A stretch of DNA of 64,000 nt from Balamuthia mandrillaris (lineage: Eukaryota), in the NCBI GenBank assembly GCA_031835245.2, contig JAVKOQ020000044.1, forward strand, positions 124,001-188,000, in the 5' to 3' direction. Positions 1 to 13,249 of this stretch are shown one piece after another (position 1 is the stretch's first letter; every line of letters begins with the position of its first letter). The position numbers and the translations under genes were made by a program. The notes under the pieces were generated by a model. It saw only the letters and a program-made list of their open reading frames with translations. It did no database searches and was not told the DNA's origin.

Positions 1-615
1 TTTGGTCATCGAAGAGCCGAGACCGTGTCGTTCTGGCATGTTGGTCAACCTACGTGTGTGGGACGGCACCAAGTGCTCCTTTGATTACTCGTTTGTGCTC
101 TCGCTCGTTTTTCTTGTTCTCTTGTTCTCTTCTTTTTTCTCCGTTCTGGTAGGCCAGAAACTAATAATGTTAGAGAACTGGTAATAGAGGGTTAGAAGAA
201 TCTGAGGATGGAAGCAAAAAAGAAATTCCGCGTTACAGACTGGACACCAGAGTGGTGGATCCACTGAGCACCAACTTTCTTCTCACGACATCCACCTCGC
301 ATCTGATTGAAAAGGTAAGGCAGCTTCGAGTGGGCATGTGGGTTCGCTTCCGGAACATCAGCATTCAGATGTACCAGGGCGTTTGCTTCGGCGAGATGAC
401 TCAGAAGAGCAGTTTTGCTGAAATAGATCCGTCTAGCCCTGAAGTTGTTGCTCGTTTGAAGTTAGTTTTGTTTATTGCCACTGTTTGCATTTCCTTGGCC
501 TAACTAACCCTTGTATAACAGTGCTTATCGGCAGCGTGACGAGAACCTGAAAGAACGTGAACAGTTGTTACAGGAACAAGAGGCTACAACCTCCGTCACC
601 TGTTAGCGCGCTCTC

Positions 616-647
<32 letters not shown>

Positions 648-1318
648 CCTCTCTTCTCCTATAACCTTTCTCTCTCCATTAAATTCTAATATCTTTCCAA
701 CAGTGCATCCCCATACAGCTGCACCATTCTCCACAATTCGTGACATCCGATCCCATCCAGAGGTTTGTTCTCTTAATCCTCTCTCCCTTCTCCACAATTT
801 AATAACACGAACCGGAAAATAGCCGATAGGAAAGTTTAGAGTTAAGGCCACAGTGGTGGGATTTACACCATCAGAACTGCGGGACTTTACTGGTGTGTCT
901 CTATTGGACACAGAGAAAGCAAGCGAGAAGGAAGAACCAGAGTACCGCTTCATGTTTCAACTGATGCTGCAAGATGACACAGGAACATTGCCTGTGTTGG
1001 TTTACAAGGAAGACGCGGTTCGTGTTGCCACATCCAGGAATATGTGACCTAGAATGCTTTGTTGAAACTTACCTCTTCCTTCCCTGCTCATTAACAAAGG
1101 TAACGCTGTTCAACGGAGTGCACGCCGTTAATTTGTACGACAATGAATATTGCTATAACGTGGTGAAGAGTAAAGTAGAAAGGCTGCGCGGTGCCGTCAT
1201 TGATTGTTGCGTAAAGAGCTATCTGGCAGCTCCCTCTGAGGATACGCAAAGTTCCCTCCGACAGCGGCGCTATCGTATGTTCGATACCATACTCCTTGAT
1301 GAAGATAGCTGCTGGTGA
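1..1318 (+). CDS. POT1: Protection of telomeres 1 / telomere end-binding protein alpha-like (OB folds); 5'-partial, multi-exon
   Basis: Exon translations give LRVWDGT, LRVGMWVRFRNI, KFRVKATVVGFTP, FMFQLMLQDDTGTLPVLV and IDCCVKSY...YRMFDTIL, typical of POT1 OB2/OB3; stop at 1316-1318. Confidence 0.8.
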
Positions 1319-1385
1319 CTAACATGTTAAATAAAATGTATAAAACTTAAACACGAAGTATCTCCTCTTCAAAAAAAAATCTATG

Positions 1386-1787
1386 TTACTTTGATAAGAA
1401 GAATTGGAGCAACTCAGAAGCAGCCTCTTTGACTTTAGCTGCTTCATGGTTGGCATAGTGCTGCTGAAGGGACGGCAACAGTTCCATGTCCAGGGCGAGA
1501 GAGCGGGTGGCTGGGTCTTCCCAGGCGAGGGTACCAACGGCAACGAGGCACCGGTACGCTAATTCTGCATCCTGCTCGGGTTTTGCCAATAGGCTTGACA
1601 GTATGTCCATGCATTGCGCCTTGTGGCCGTCCCTCTCCTCCGCATTGTTTCCTGCTTGCTGCAGACAGTGCACTCCGTAGCTGTTATTTTTAACAAAACC
1701 ATCAGTTCAGCCATCAGCCGGAGAGAGAGGGAGAGAGAGGGAGAGGGAAAGAGAGGGAGAGGGAGAGAGAGAGAGAGAGAGAGAGAC

Positions 1788-1823
<36 letters not shown>

Positions 1824-3989
1824 GAGGAGAGAATGATACTTGAGAAGGATGGTGGCAAGCGCGGTCCGAACTGGGAGGCTGCTGTTGTGTTGACAGTCAG
1901 CCACTGCTTCCAGGACTTGTTCAATGGCGCCACAGATTATTACTCGCAATTTCTGGCGCAAAAAGGTGTTGCAAAGAACGCGCAATGCCATGATAACATT
2001 GGCCGCTGGTGGTGTGCCTCCGCTCTCGCTTACGAGACTCTTAGTCAAAACCGTTATTATGTCAAAGCGTTTGGTAGCATAGGCCACTGCAAAATAATCA
2101 ACTGCATGTGGGTGCAACACCATCAGTCGCAGTATATCCAATCCTGTGAAAGGAGGTGCAGAACACGAGAATGAACATTTTTGCAACCAGAACAAACGAG
2201 AGGAAAAAATAACAAACCTGGGAATCTGTACTTTTCTGGCCATTGAGCCAGTTTACACATAAGCACAAACTGCCCGTCTGTGAAGGTTGTGGCATGATAG
2301 CGAGAAGTCTGTTTGAGTATGGCCACAATCTCTGTTAATGCCTTTACTTGCGATTCGTTCAAAGCAACGGCTTTGGTGTCCTCCTCGCCCTGCATTCGAC
2401 CATTGAATTCCAGCAGCTTATTGAGGGCGGGATCGATCTTGGCAGTATCATACTGCAATATCGATGTCTGTGATTTGAATAATGGACAAAACAAACTTCC
2501 ATTCAGCATGCATATCCCTCTGTTGAGAAAAGCGTAAAACAGACGTACCACAGGAATATGCTGATAAGGGCTCTGCGTTGTGGGTGCCTCCCTAAGGGCA
2601 GATGGAACTTGATGGGGAAGCAGTTCTGTGGTGGGGGTAGATACGGGTTGTGGAGGCTGTTGCGCACCGCTACCAGTCCCTGGAATATATCTGTGCGAGC
2701 CAGTAAAAGGATCTTGAAAGGCTGTTGATGACGGAGCTGAAGCACTTCCTGGAATGTACCGGCCACTGCCTAGTATTTATGACTTGGGTAAGCTGGATTG
2801 CGTACACACCTAATCTAAATGAAGAAAATTTACCTGTGTATGGGTCTGAAGCACCAGTGCTAGAGTCTCCGAGGGTTACTGCACGTGAATTTTCGATGAT
2901 GAAGTTGGCCACTTGATCAAGGAAACCCTGATCCAACTCCTCTCTTTCCAAAAACTGCTGCGCTACCACATAGGGATTCTCTGCAAATCATAAATACATG
3001 AGCATCGAAAGAGGAGCGTTAAGGCAAGGAGACAGAGGTACCAGTGACGTTGTAACCAAGTTTGCGTGGAGGCTGACCATCACCAATTTCAACATCAAAG
3101 ATGTGGTCGTACTCGACGCCTTGTAAAACGGCCTTGGCTGAGGTGCCAACAGCGTCCACAACCTCTCCCATCTTTTGCCACCTGCCCTCAGCCAATTGCC
3201 ATTGATAAACCTCTACTACAGAACCATTCTTGATGATCAAATTCTGTTGGTCCTTGGTTCCCGGTTGCTCAAGGGCTTCGGGTCCTGGTAGTCTTTCCGT
3301 GTTGAGTTCGCCAACAGCACCGGTGGTTTGCTTGGGAATGGCGACCGCTGACACTTTGCTTTCATAGCTGGCAATTTCTTCTGCCGAGGCTGTGCGTGAG
3401 GGATCCCTGGTCCATAGGCGAGCCACCCCATCGCTACTGGCCGTTATGATATCAGTGTTTGGCAGAGCTGCCACACACCACACCGTACTTGGATGCATGA
3501 TTGTCTGCTGGCAGGTGCTGTCTGCGCGTTCATGCAGAAAGTGGACATTAACCCAGCAAGCTCATTTGAAACAGAGGTTCAACAAAGAGAAGAGAAACCA
3601 ACCTCGCCATATTTTAAGAGCCCTATCCTCTCCACCTGTGGCGAATGTGTGATCTGGAAGTACGCTTGCTGAGAAAATGAAAGAACTGTGTCCGTAGAGA
3701 TCTTGAAGAGGTTCTCCGCTGAAAGCCCATAGCCGTATTAGCCTTTTTTTTTTTTGAGCACGAGAATGCACGAGGTAAGCAAAAGAGGCAGGTGGCCCTG
3801 CTGTTTGAGGAACAAGGCATCATATCATACCCATCGTTACCACAAGAAAGGAATCCCACATTTTCTACAAGTTTAAGATCTCTAACACAGTCTGTGTGGC
3901 CTTGATATGTATGTACACACACGCCGTCTTTCCACAAGCGAATCTCTTTGTCAGCAGAACCTTTTTACATATCCAATACGGTTAGACTA

Positions 3990-4032
<43 letters not shown>

Positions 4033-4804
4033 AGTCTCATCTTATTTTTTACTTTCTCTTCGCTCACATCGCTCACTTCTCTCTCTCTCTCTCTCTGTCT
4101 CTCTTCTGTATGCAAATCGCGATGCAAACCTGTCAAAATGCTGCCATCAGGCAAGGGAAGAACAGCCCAAACTGCTTGTGTATGCCCCCGAAGCACCTGA
4201 ATGCACTCTACACCACGCCATACTCTTACTGTACTAAAAGCCAACCATTAACATTAAACAAAAAATCGTGAAGAGAACAAAGAGAAAGGAAAAGGTACTG
4301 ATCCCAAGAGCCAGAAACAAGGTCCCCATTGCCAGCGACAGCAAGAGAGACCACAGGTTTGTCGTGGCCGATGAGAACCATGGCAGGCTCTCCAGGTGCC
4401 TCCAAATCCCAAATGTTGATAATGTTGTCATTGCCGCCAGAAGCCACGCCGCCGCCTTTAGGCAGCTGCGAGCTTCCTTTGGGCAAAGCGGTCACCACCG
4501 ACACAAAGTGCGAGTGGCCGAGCATGGTCTGGACGTTCTCCCAATGTCCGCTTTGGCTGTTTGGCAGCCACAAGCGAACCGACTTGTCCCTGGAGCAGGT
4601 CACCACGCCGTAGCCTTGCTCCGTGCTCACTACACAAACGGAACGAACCTGTTTGTAGTTTGTGTGTTTTTTTTGCTAGTGTTAGCCATCCCAGGGGCTG
4701 TTTTTCATCTTTTCATGCGTTAGGGAAGAGAGCGAGAGCCGTACGTCTGCATCGTGGCCGATGAGCTCGGCTGAAAGGCGGTAGTGATCGTGCTGAGCGT
4801 CCAT
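1386..4804 (-). CDS. PLAA: Phospholipase A2-activating protein / Doa1/Ufd3 (WD40-PFU-PUL), multi-exon
   Basis: First exon MDAQHDHYRLSAELIGHDAD (ATG at 4804), seven WD40-like repeats, PFU motif GVEYDHIFDVEIGDGQPPRKLGYN...AQQFLEREELDQGFLDQVANFI, PUL motifs WPEKYRFP..LDILRL and YRCLVAVGTL. Confidence 0.93.
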
Positions 4805-5281
4805 CTCGGGGGAGCTTTGTCGTGTCTCGTTCATCTTCTTCTGCAACTACTTGGTTCGCGGAAGAACGCGCGGTTCTCTCTGCTTTCCTGCCGCACCACG
4901 AGACCACGTCGACGTGTGCCAACCTCCGCTTCGCTGGGTTGTGGCGCAAATGGCGCTTTTGGATTCAGAACAGCCAGAAAATGCCAACGCCACACCGCTG
5001 GGTTAGATTGACCAACCGCTAACCCTAACCTTAATTCATAATTTCCTTTTTCTCGCTGTGTCGAACAACGGAAGGAATCCCCCGCTCCCTCTCTGCAGTT
5101 GGCTGGCCCTGATGAACAATATTGCGCCCCGCGGCCCTTTCGATCAAGCTGCACCAATCAATCAGGGCATTAAATCTTCTGGATTCGGTAGTAACGCTGC
5201 CTTCAGTCGCGGTTGAGGGTGGAGGAACGCTGATTGCGCTCAAAACAAGAAAACAAGACGAAAAAGCTGCAGAACTAGAGA

Positions 5282-6099
5282 ATGAGGGCATCGTTGAAGC
5301 TCGTTTGGGTAATACTCTTACTCAACCAGGCAGCCTTTTTGGCTCGATTGAGAAGGAGGGTGGAGCACCAGTGCCTCCTCAATTTCGACTGGAAAACAAA
5401 CCTTTTATTCTTCCGTAGAATTTCCCTAGAAGCTCGGTTGCAGTCCTTGCCACTGCTCTCTCTCTGGACTTCCTTCTGATTCCAAAAGACAAAGAGGGCA
5501 ATGCTCTGACGCAATATTGGATGTTTTTTGAGATTCCAACTTGGTTTTGCAGTGGAACAACCTCCCAAGATGGAACATTGTTGAGACCAACACTACCATC
5601 CTTCAGCAGGTCAAGTTCGCAGCCACATCTACAACACCTCCTGGCACCGTCTCCATCGCTCACACTGTGACAAAGGAAAATCTCACTCTTTCCTTGGGGT
5701 TTGTCACTGTACCGTAATAATTCCCTCTCCCGCTTCACCCTCTTTGGGAGAGCCCACCGCAATTGAGAACGAGGGATCATATTCAATGTTAGAAGATAAC
5801 CACATCTGCCGTTACGTAGGGTCATCGTCATCATACTTATTACCGTGCTAGTGGCAGTGATAGCGCTCGTTGCCTTGATCGTAATGGCTATTTTCTATGG
5901 AAGAAAGCAGAAGAAGGCAACCGATGTAACGATACGAACAAATGCCATTGTAAACTTTGGAAGCTCACCGCTTGAAGATATTGATAGAAGGAGGAAGACT
6001 GAGGTACTGTTTTGTTGTAACTTAATATTCAATAGTGCAAACATTTCGCAAGAGGAGAGTGCGAGAGTGAGAAAGAGTAGGGCAACATTAACAAACTAA
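5282..6099 (+). pseudogene. Possible decayed single-pass membrane protein fragment
   Basis: Signal-peptide-like MRASLKLVWVILLLNQAAFLA and a TM helix plus basic stop-transfer (VIVIILITVLVAVIALVALIVMAIFYGRKQKK); intervening frames are broken by stops and no clean splice model was found. Confidence 0.25.
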
Positions 6100-6820
6100 A
6101 AATCGTCGTCATCGTCATCCAGTCTCTTTCTTTGAAACTGTTTGGGATAAGCAAAAGAAAGCAGCCAGCCAGAATTACCGTAAGAACACGCAACAGTCAA
6201 ACTCGAAACAAAGAAGAACATACCGTTATTTTTGTCTCTTTCTTAGCTTTACTGATCTGTCCCAACATGCTAATGAGGGACGGTTCGTCCACTTTACCGC
6301 CCAGTTGACCCGTCTGTGCTGCTCTGATGAGGCTGTCTTCAACCTGCCGAGCCTTGTCCGGCTTCACCAACGCTATTCTTGACACTGATAGGACAAGCAA
6401 AGGAGGTGAGCTCACGAACAAAAGCAGTATTTTGAGCTGTTAAGCAAACGCTCTCTTCAATACGCACAACGTTCCCGCGCTTCAGGGGTAAGGATTTGTG
6501 TGAGGATCATTCGCCTACGTTCTTCCATCTCCTGTTGCTGTTGTTGCTGTTGTGCAGCAGAAGCACCACCACCTCCTCCTCCTCCTCCTCCTCGACTCTA
6601 GATTACAAAGAGGATCCAATGTCATTGTGAGAGAAAGTGGATGAGAAAAAAAAACGTAGTGGAGAGAGTGTGTACCGCATACTGAGCCTTAAGCTCCGCC
6701 ATCCGTCGTTGGCGAATAGCCTCTAATTCTGCGTCATCCTCCTGTTTTTTTCAAAACACACACCTGTTAGCCCAACTACAACAAGCAAGCAGGAAGAAGC
6801 AGCTGTATTTTTTTTACCAT
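6096..6820 (-). CDS. PDCD5: Programmed cell death protein 5 (dsDNA-binding domain), multi-exon
   Basis: Spliced product M-EDDAELEAIRQRRMAEL...ILTQILTPEARERLSRIALVKPDKARQVEDSLIRAAQTGQLGGKVDEPSLISMLGQI...FQRKRLDDDDDDF*. Confidence 0.93.
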
Positions 6821-7089
6821 GGTCGATCAAAAACTCTCAACCGTGTTCGTGTCCTTCTTCTTCTTCTTGGCGCTTTGCTTTTTGTTTGTTTTGGTGGTGG
6901 TGGAATTGTGCGTTCTCCTATCTTGGCTCATGTCCTCGCTCTTGTCGGATGAAGTGACATTTCGCTGAAATTTAGCCCAAATCTAAATTTTCCTGAGAAA
7001 TCAGGAAATGTGAAACCGGGAAATGCCTGTTCATGCAAACAACCCCTGTTTGGTGTCGTTTTAAGGAAGACCCATGTTGCTGCTCCAGC

Positions 7090-7097
7090 TATAAATA
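7090..7097 (+). promoter_or_regulatory. TATA box of the small HSP gene
   Basis: TATAAATA about 100 bp upstream of the sHSP ATG, followed by a CA-rich leader. Confidence 0.65.
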
Positions 7098-7192
7098 GCT
7101 GCACAGTCTGGGCGTTCGACACTCTACCACATCAAGTATCACACAAACAATCAACACAAACTAACACAATACCAGCCATATCCACATCCACG

Positions 7193-7672
7193 ATGAGCCT
7201 CTGGTCCGAAATGAGACGTCTGCAAAGGGACATGGACTCTCTCTTTGGAGAAGTGCGTGATGCCCAACAGCCCACTGCCAACGACAAGGCCGTTGCCACA
7301 ACCAGCACCAATCCCTGGTCCCTCGCTGATGTGGCCCGCATGACCCGCCAATGGACCCCTCTCTGCGACGTCCGTGAGACAGAGAACGCTCTGCTGGTGC
7401 ACGCCGAGCTACCTGGTATCAACAAGGAAGACATCCACGTTGACGTGGAGAACGGCCGCTTGACCATCCGCGGAGAAAGAAAGCATGAGACCAAGGAAGA
7501 GAACGAGAAGTACCATCGTGTGGAGAGGAGCTACGGCACCTTCCAGAGAACTATGAGCCTTCCCCAGGGGGTGGATCCTACCGCCATCGAGGCCAACTAC
7601 AAGGACGGAGTGTTGGAGCTGACCATCCCCAAACCCGAGCCTCCCAAGGGCCACAAGATCACCATTAACTAA
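7193..7672 (+). CDS. Small heat-shock protein (HSP20/alpha-crystallin family), intronless
   Basis: WTPLCDVRETENALLVHAELPGINKEDIHVDVENGRLTIRGERK...YHRVERSYGTFQRTMSLP...ANYKDGVLELTIPK and C-terminal IxI (KITIN). Confidence 0.95.
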   Translation: MSLWSEMRRLQRDMDSLFGEVRDAQQPTANDKAVATTSTNPWSLADVARMTRQWTPLCDVRETENALLVHAELPGINKEDIHVDVENGRLTIRGERKHETKEENEKYHRVERSYGTFQRTMSLPQGVDPTAIEANYKDGVLELTIPKPEPPKGHKITIN

Positions 7673-7988
7673 GGTGGTCAGAATGATTGGCCTGCATTCC
7701 CTTCAGTATATCAATATTTATTGTTTTTTTTTTTTTAGAGTGTACCTTTGTTTTTGCTATCTTATAAACAGAACGGTGGGAAGCTAGCTATCCCTACCAT
7801 CCATCCGCGTTGGTCCATGTGCTAAAATTCAATCTCTGTCGACAATATAATGTTATGAATTATTGATAATTTGAGATAATTTTTCGGCCACGGGATACGG
7901 CTGATTCGCCTGCATGAACCCTCAGTGTCGACAAATAAAGAAAGCAAGCAAAACAAAAAAGCAGAGTAGTAGAGGGAGCAGCATCATC

Positions 7989-8728
7989 ATGGAGGGGGAC
8001 CATGCTCGCCAGCTCCTGCCGGAGGGTGCTACCCATCAGGCGGGAGGAGGGGAAGGCGGAGGAGGAGAAGACGGACACCTCACAAGGGCACATGAAGAAC
8101 ATGCAGAGGCAGGCCTGGGCAGCATGAGAACCACGAAAAGCGTTGGCTTTGCGCTTGAGGAGAGGAGGTCCTCGTTGCAAGGCGCCGTGGTGGATCCCAA
8201 GAGCAAAGAGGAGAGGCGCAACATGCTGTTGCAGAGAGTGGGCACAACGGAGCACGTTGGACCCCAGAAAAAGCGCATCTTGGCACAGGATGCGGTGTTT
8301 GATGCGGAGGACCCGCAGGTGAAGGAGGACATCATTGGCATGATCATTCAGTACCTTCAGGACAACGACTACACGGCCTCTTCCCTCACTTTGCAGGACG
8401 AGACCAACGTGAAGCTTTCCGAGAAGCTGCACGACCGCTCACACTTTAAAGACATACGACGAGCCATTACAGGCAAATGCTTTCTCCTTTCTTTCTCACT
8501 CTTTGAACGAAGCTCTTCACCTCACTCACTGTGCATCCTTTCTTTCTTTGTCAACCCTACGAACAACAACAGAAGGAGACTGGGCTGAGGTGGAGAAACT
8601 TTGCACTAAGCAGACCTTTCGCAACCACAAAAGCTTTCTGTATGCAGTACACAAACAGCAATATTTGGAGCTGCTGGAGAAGCAAGAATTCCAAAAGGTT
8701 GAACCCTACTGTGTTTTCCACTCCGCTT

Positions 8729-8777
<49 letters not shown>

Positions 8778-8978
8778 GCTCGTTCTCCCGTGTTGCTCAT
8801 TGTTGCGTTGCTTCATTTGATGAACAGGCGTTTACCTTCTTGAACAAACGGCTGAAACCGTACGAGCGATACGCGACCAACCCAAAAGAATTCCGTGACC
8901 TGTGTTATCTGCTTACCTGTAAGTCTGTTCAAGACGCTCCCTCCTTCAAGAACTGGGATGGAGCCAAGGGCACCTCTA

Positions 8979-9013
<35 letters not shown>

Positions 9014-10782
9014 ATCTTTCAACACTAAGCCGACATGATCATTGCAGAGAAAAGTTGGTAGAACAGTTCCAATCAATGCTGCAGTTTGAGACACGACGCA
9101 CTGCTTCTGGACCTCAGGTACCTCCAAATAGGTTACTAGCATTACTGCGACAAGCTGTGTTCTATCAGGTGGGCTCTCAATGTTTTCAGTCATTGGCCGT
9201 TTACTTATGCTAACATGAAGACACCTTCGCTGCTCTTTAGTTGGAATTCAGTCGTTATCATCCTAAAGTGGTGCCAAAGGTCACAACGTAAGCTCCCTGC
9301 CGTTCGATTTTTAACTTCACGGTTTTAAGTGCTAACATCTCTTTTGGGATAACATTGTAACAGCCTTTTGGAGGACTTTAGCCCCTTTGTCCTTCCGAAT
9401 GCCCTCAAAGATTGCTTTGTTGGTCATCGCGGTAATGTCAAGTGTGTTGAATTTATAGGAGAAGAGGGTTTCACCCTTGCCTCTGGTTCCAGGTACGTTC
9501 ATTAATTTCTTTGTGCCAAGTCAGCCAGTCATACTCTAGTTGTATTGACCATGTTCCCAGTGACAACACAATTAAGGTTTGGGACGTGGAGGCTGGTGCT
9601 GGACAAAAGCATCTGCTTCACACCCTTAAAGGACACACGTCCAGGATATGGGACATATCATCTAACTTAAGTGGGTCTCTTTTGGCAAGCGCTTCGGGTG
9701 ATGGTTCCGTTAAGGTCTGTACCACATCATTGCTTTCTTCCTCTCTTCTGTTTGGTGAACTATGAGAGTTGCTAAGAAAAGAATGTGGTGGTGCGAGCAG
9801 TTGTGGGACTTAAGTCGGCAAGTTGTTGTAAACAGCAAAACGCTCAAGTCGCACAAAGGAGATGTGTACAGTGTTAAATTCCATCCTGGAGAAAACCACG
9901 TGGTGACTGGCGGTTACGATAAGATAGTTCGTTTGTTTGATGTGAGAACAGGAACACTCATTAAGACATTTACGGGGCATCAAGCCTCTGTCTCCAAAGT
10001 TATTTTCAACCCACACGGCAACCTCATTATCAGCGGGTTTGATCTGCTCTTTTCTGGTGTTCTTTGCAGTACTTATTTTCCAACACACGAAAAAAAAAAA
10101 TAGTTCAAAGGATAACACTATCAAGTTTTGGGATATGACAAGCGGCCTTTGCGTCAAGACCTATAGCACATACTTGGGTGAGGTCACTTCTGTTGCCACA
10201 AATATGAGTGGCAGCCTCTTGCTTAGTGCCTCTAAAGATAACTCCAACAGACTGTGGGATGTCCGAACGGTACATTCTTCACTTCCCTCTTCCCTCTCTC
10301 TCTCTCTCTCTCTCTCCCTCTTGTCTTAGCCGTTTATGTACAGGCTCGTCCCGTTCGTCGGTTTAAAGGCCACCAAAACACGTCCAAAAACTTTGTGCGT
10401 GCCGCCTTTGGCCCCAACGAATCCCTCATCATCGGAGGCTCTGAGGACGGCTGCATCTACTTGTGGGATCAAGAGACAGGCGATCTCTTGCAAAAGTTAC
10501 GCGGTCACTCTGGAGTTGTCTATGAGGCCATTTGGAATGCTCAGCAATCCCTTGTGGCCAGGTACTTACTGCATTCCTCATCTTTTCTTTCTCGCTTACC
10601 AAATGTGCATGCCTAATGATATGAACTGTCATGAAAACAGCTGTGGAGAAGATGAAACGGTGAGAACGTGGTGGTATGATGAGAGGCAGCCCCTATTCGC
10701 GGATGAGAACCAGGAGGGCCTTGTTTCCTTTAAGCCTACCAATACTAACAGCAATGGCAGTAGCGCGGACAAAGAAAAATAA
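7989..10782 (+). CDS. LisH-CTLH-WD40 repeat protein (WDR26/GID7/SMU1-like architecture), multi-exon
   Basis: LisH IIGMIIQYLQDNDYTASSLTLQDE, CTLH IRRAITEGDWAEVEKL...FLYAVHKQQYLELLE, VPPNRLLALLRQA, then about seven GH...WD repeats. Confidence 0.82.
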
Positions 10783-10943
10783 AGTCACATACAAGAGGGA
10801 AGAAAAAGATGAACTTTTACTTCAATTTTTACAATAGGAGGAGGAGCTTACAAGCAAACTACTACAGGTTTTTCATACTTGCTTGTGGGAGTCGTTTGGC
10901 TTAAATACATACAAGAAGGAAGCGACAAAAGCTATGATAGCAT

Positions 10944-11774
10944 TCATCGTTGGTCTGTCGTATCGCTGTTGTTGTTGCTGTTGCTTTCGGTACTGGTTTC
11001 CTCTTCTCCGCTGGCAGCACCATTGGCAGAAGTAGTTGAGGAAGGTGGAGAGGAGGCGGATAGTGGCAGTTGTTGTGTTGGTTGAGAGGAAGAAGAGGGG
11101 GAGGGAGTGGGAGCGTTGGAGAGAGGGCGCGGCACAGCAATGAGGGCATACAACACAGAGTTGAGAGCGATGAACAAGGCCAGCTGCTCTAGGAGGAAGG
11201 GCAACCATGCCCTCTGCCAGGGTAGTAACACAGCGCCAAGCGGTGATACCACAGGAGCCACTGCCAAGTACACGAAGAAGGCTTTCTGACAAGCACTGCA
11301 CATCGTAATTGAAGGTGTCAGTGCTATGAAAGGAAAACATGAAGACCATCGCTCTAAAACAAACAAATAGAAAGAAAGCATATGAAAAGGAATAAATACT
11401 TCATCAGGTTAAGCTTCCACCTGGTCTCAGCTTCTTGTTTGGGGTGTGAAGCCAAGAAACCTCGTAACCGACCAATGTTTCCACCAATAGCCAACAGCAC
11501 TCCAAACCATATCAGCACTTGAACCACTTCGAGTGATAGCTGCAAGAAATAGAGGAATGGAAGCTATGAGCTGCGTGACAACAGTCCGAACGAGAAGCAA
11601 GACAAGAAAACAGAAAGGGTACCCGGTAAGCATACTGTATGCTGGAGGGAGTCTCCGAAAAGGCATGCAGCACAGTGAACGTTGTGTAGAGAATGAACGC
11701 AGCTTTACCCAAATAGTTCATTTAATAGTTAGAAATGGTGTCTGGGAGGTCAAAGCGAACTCTTGAATAAGAGA

Positions 11775-11814
<40 letters not shown>

Positions 11815-12790
11815 AGCACAAACCCCAATATACTTGTCGTTCTCGCAAGGTAAGCGCGCTGCGAGTGACGGTCCACCCCAAGCTCGCTGACAACACAGCA
11901 ATCATCATGAGCATGCGCAGCGATACATAAACAATGGTCTGAGTGGTCTTCAGGCTCAGGTACGTCACTCCACTGTCAGCATAGGTGATGTGATGCGCAG
12001 TGGCCAGCACTTGCTCCAACACGGCCAACAGCAGCACCAGCAGTAGCGACTTTAGGAAAACGGGTTCGTCCGCTCTGGCTGCAGCATTACTATCCCGCCG
12101 CCATCGCCGTTGCACATAACGCAGCGTGCACCAAAAGGCAAGACTGACGGCAAAGCTGCACATCAGAGTAAAGGAGAGGAGGGCCAAGGGACGCTCCTCC
12201 AACGATACGTGGCTCTGGTCTTGGCCGAGGAAGGTCACGCGTCCCTCCCCGCTTATCTCCTTTTCCCTGCAATTGAGGAGCACGGCTGTGTACTGTGCCT
12301 CCTCCTTCAACGTTGCCCTCACATGGAGCCTTCCTATGAACTCGTATCTCTTTTTTCGTTACCACAACGACGAAGACAGTTATGCCGAAGCAAGAGAGAG
12401 CAGAGAGAGCAGAGAGAGGCGTTTGGAACAAAAACAAGGTTAAAAAAAGTGAGCAGTTAAATATGAAATGAAAGAGAGAGAGAGAGGCAGAAGAATACGA
12501 ACCAAAATAGATGGAAACACACAGAGAGAGGCAGAGTCTCTCCTGTGACGTTGGATGTAGCGCCACTGCTCCTGGTCGTACACCGTCACATGGTATATGG
12601 CACCGCTCGGGGTGAGAGATAGGTCCAGCTCCACGGAGCCGTTCTTGCAGCCAAAGCTAGGCGCCAGTTGGATCAGGCCTTCGCTTGAGCGGAAGGAGAC
12701 CGGTTCCCTCCTGCCAAAGGCGCCGATGCCCGCCAAAGCAACCAGCAGGAAGAACACCGCTTTGAAGAGCGATGATGCTGGAGGCTTCAT
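10944..12790 (-). CDS. Signal-peptide, multi-pass (about 7TM) membrane protein, possibly GOST/GPR107/TMEM145-like
   Basis: Signal peptide MKPPASSLFKAVFFLLVALAGIGAFG, lumenal domain with YTAVLLNC, several hydrophobic helices incl. SLGWTVTRSAL, and a Ser-rich tail. Confidence 0.55.
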
Positions 12791-13249
12791 TTCTGTTGTT
12801 TGCGCAAAGGTTTGTCAAGAAGGAGGGGGGACGATTCGGTTTGAGGAAAGCACCTTCTGTGAGGGCAGGGCTAGCGGGTGCGCTTGAACTGGTGGGACTG
12901 TCACACCTCCCTTTGAAGTTGGGCTGGATGGGGTTCTGCTTTCTTTTCTCCCTAATATTCTTTTGTGAAAAACTAATAGGTTGTACAGCATACTTCTCTG
13001 TGTCAATCATGTCGACCTTTGAACCAAAGTTATTCGTCGACACAACAATTTACGATAATTATCGGTAAGAAAAGCTAACGGAGTGACAATACGTGCAGTC
13101 GGCGGAGAGGAAGCTCACCCACTCATAAATCTTTTCTGTTAGCCGGCTGGGGCGCCCTTGTTGTTGTGTGTACTCAACAAGATCAATACAGCATTTTTTC
13201 AGCGACGACGTTCTTATTCTGTAACCAACCAAACCACCCACCCCCCCCA

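Noticed and set aside
4999..5031. Telomere-like GGGTTAG / CTAACCCTAACC near POT1
   Set aside because: Fewer than two full repeats; could be chance or a promoter motif, not a telomeric array.
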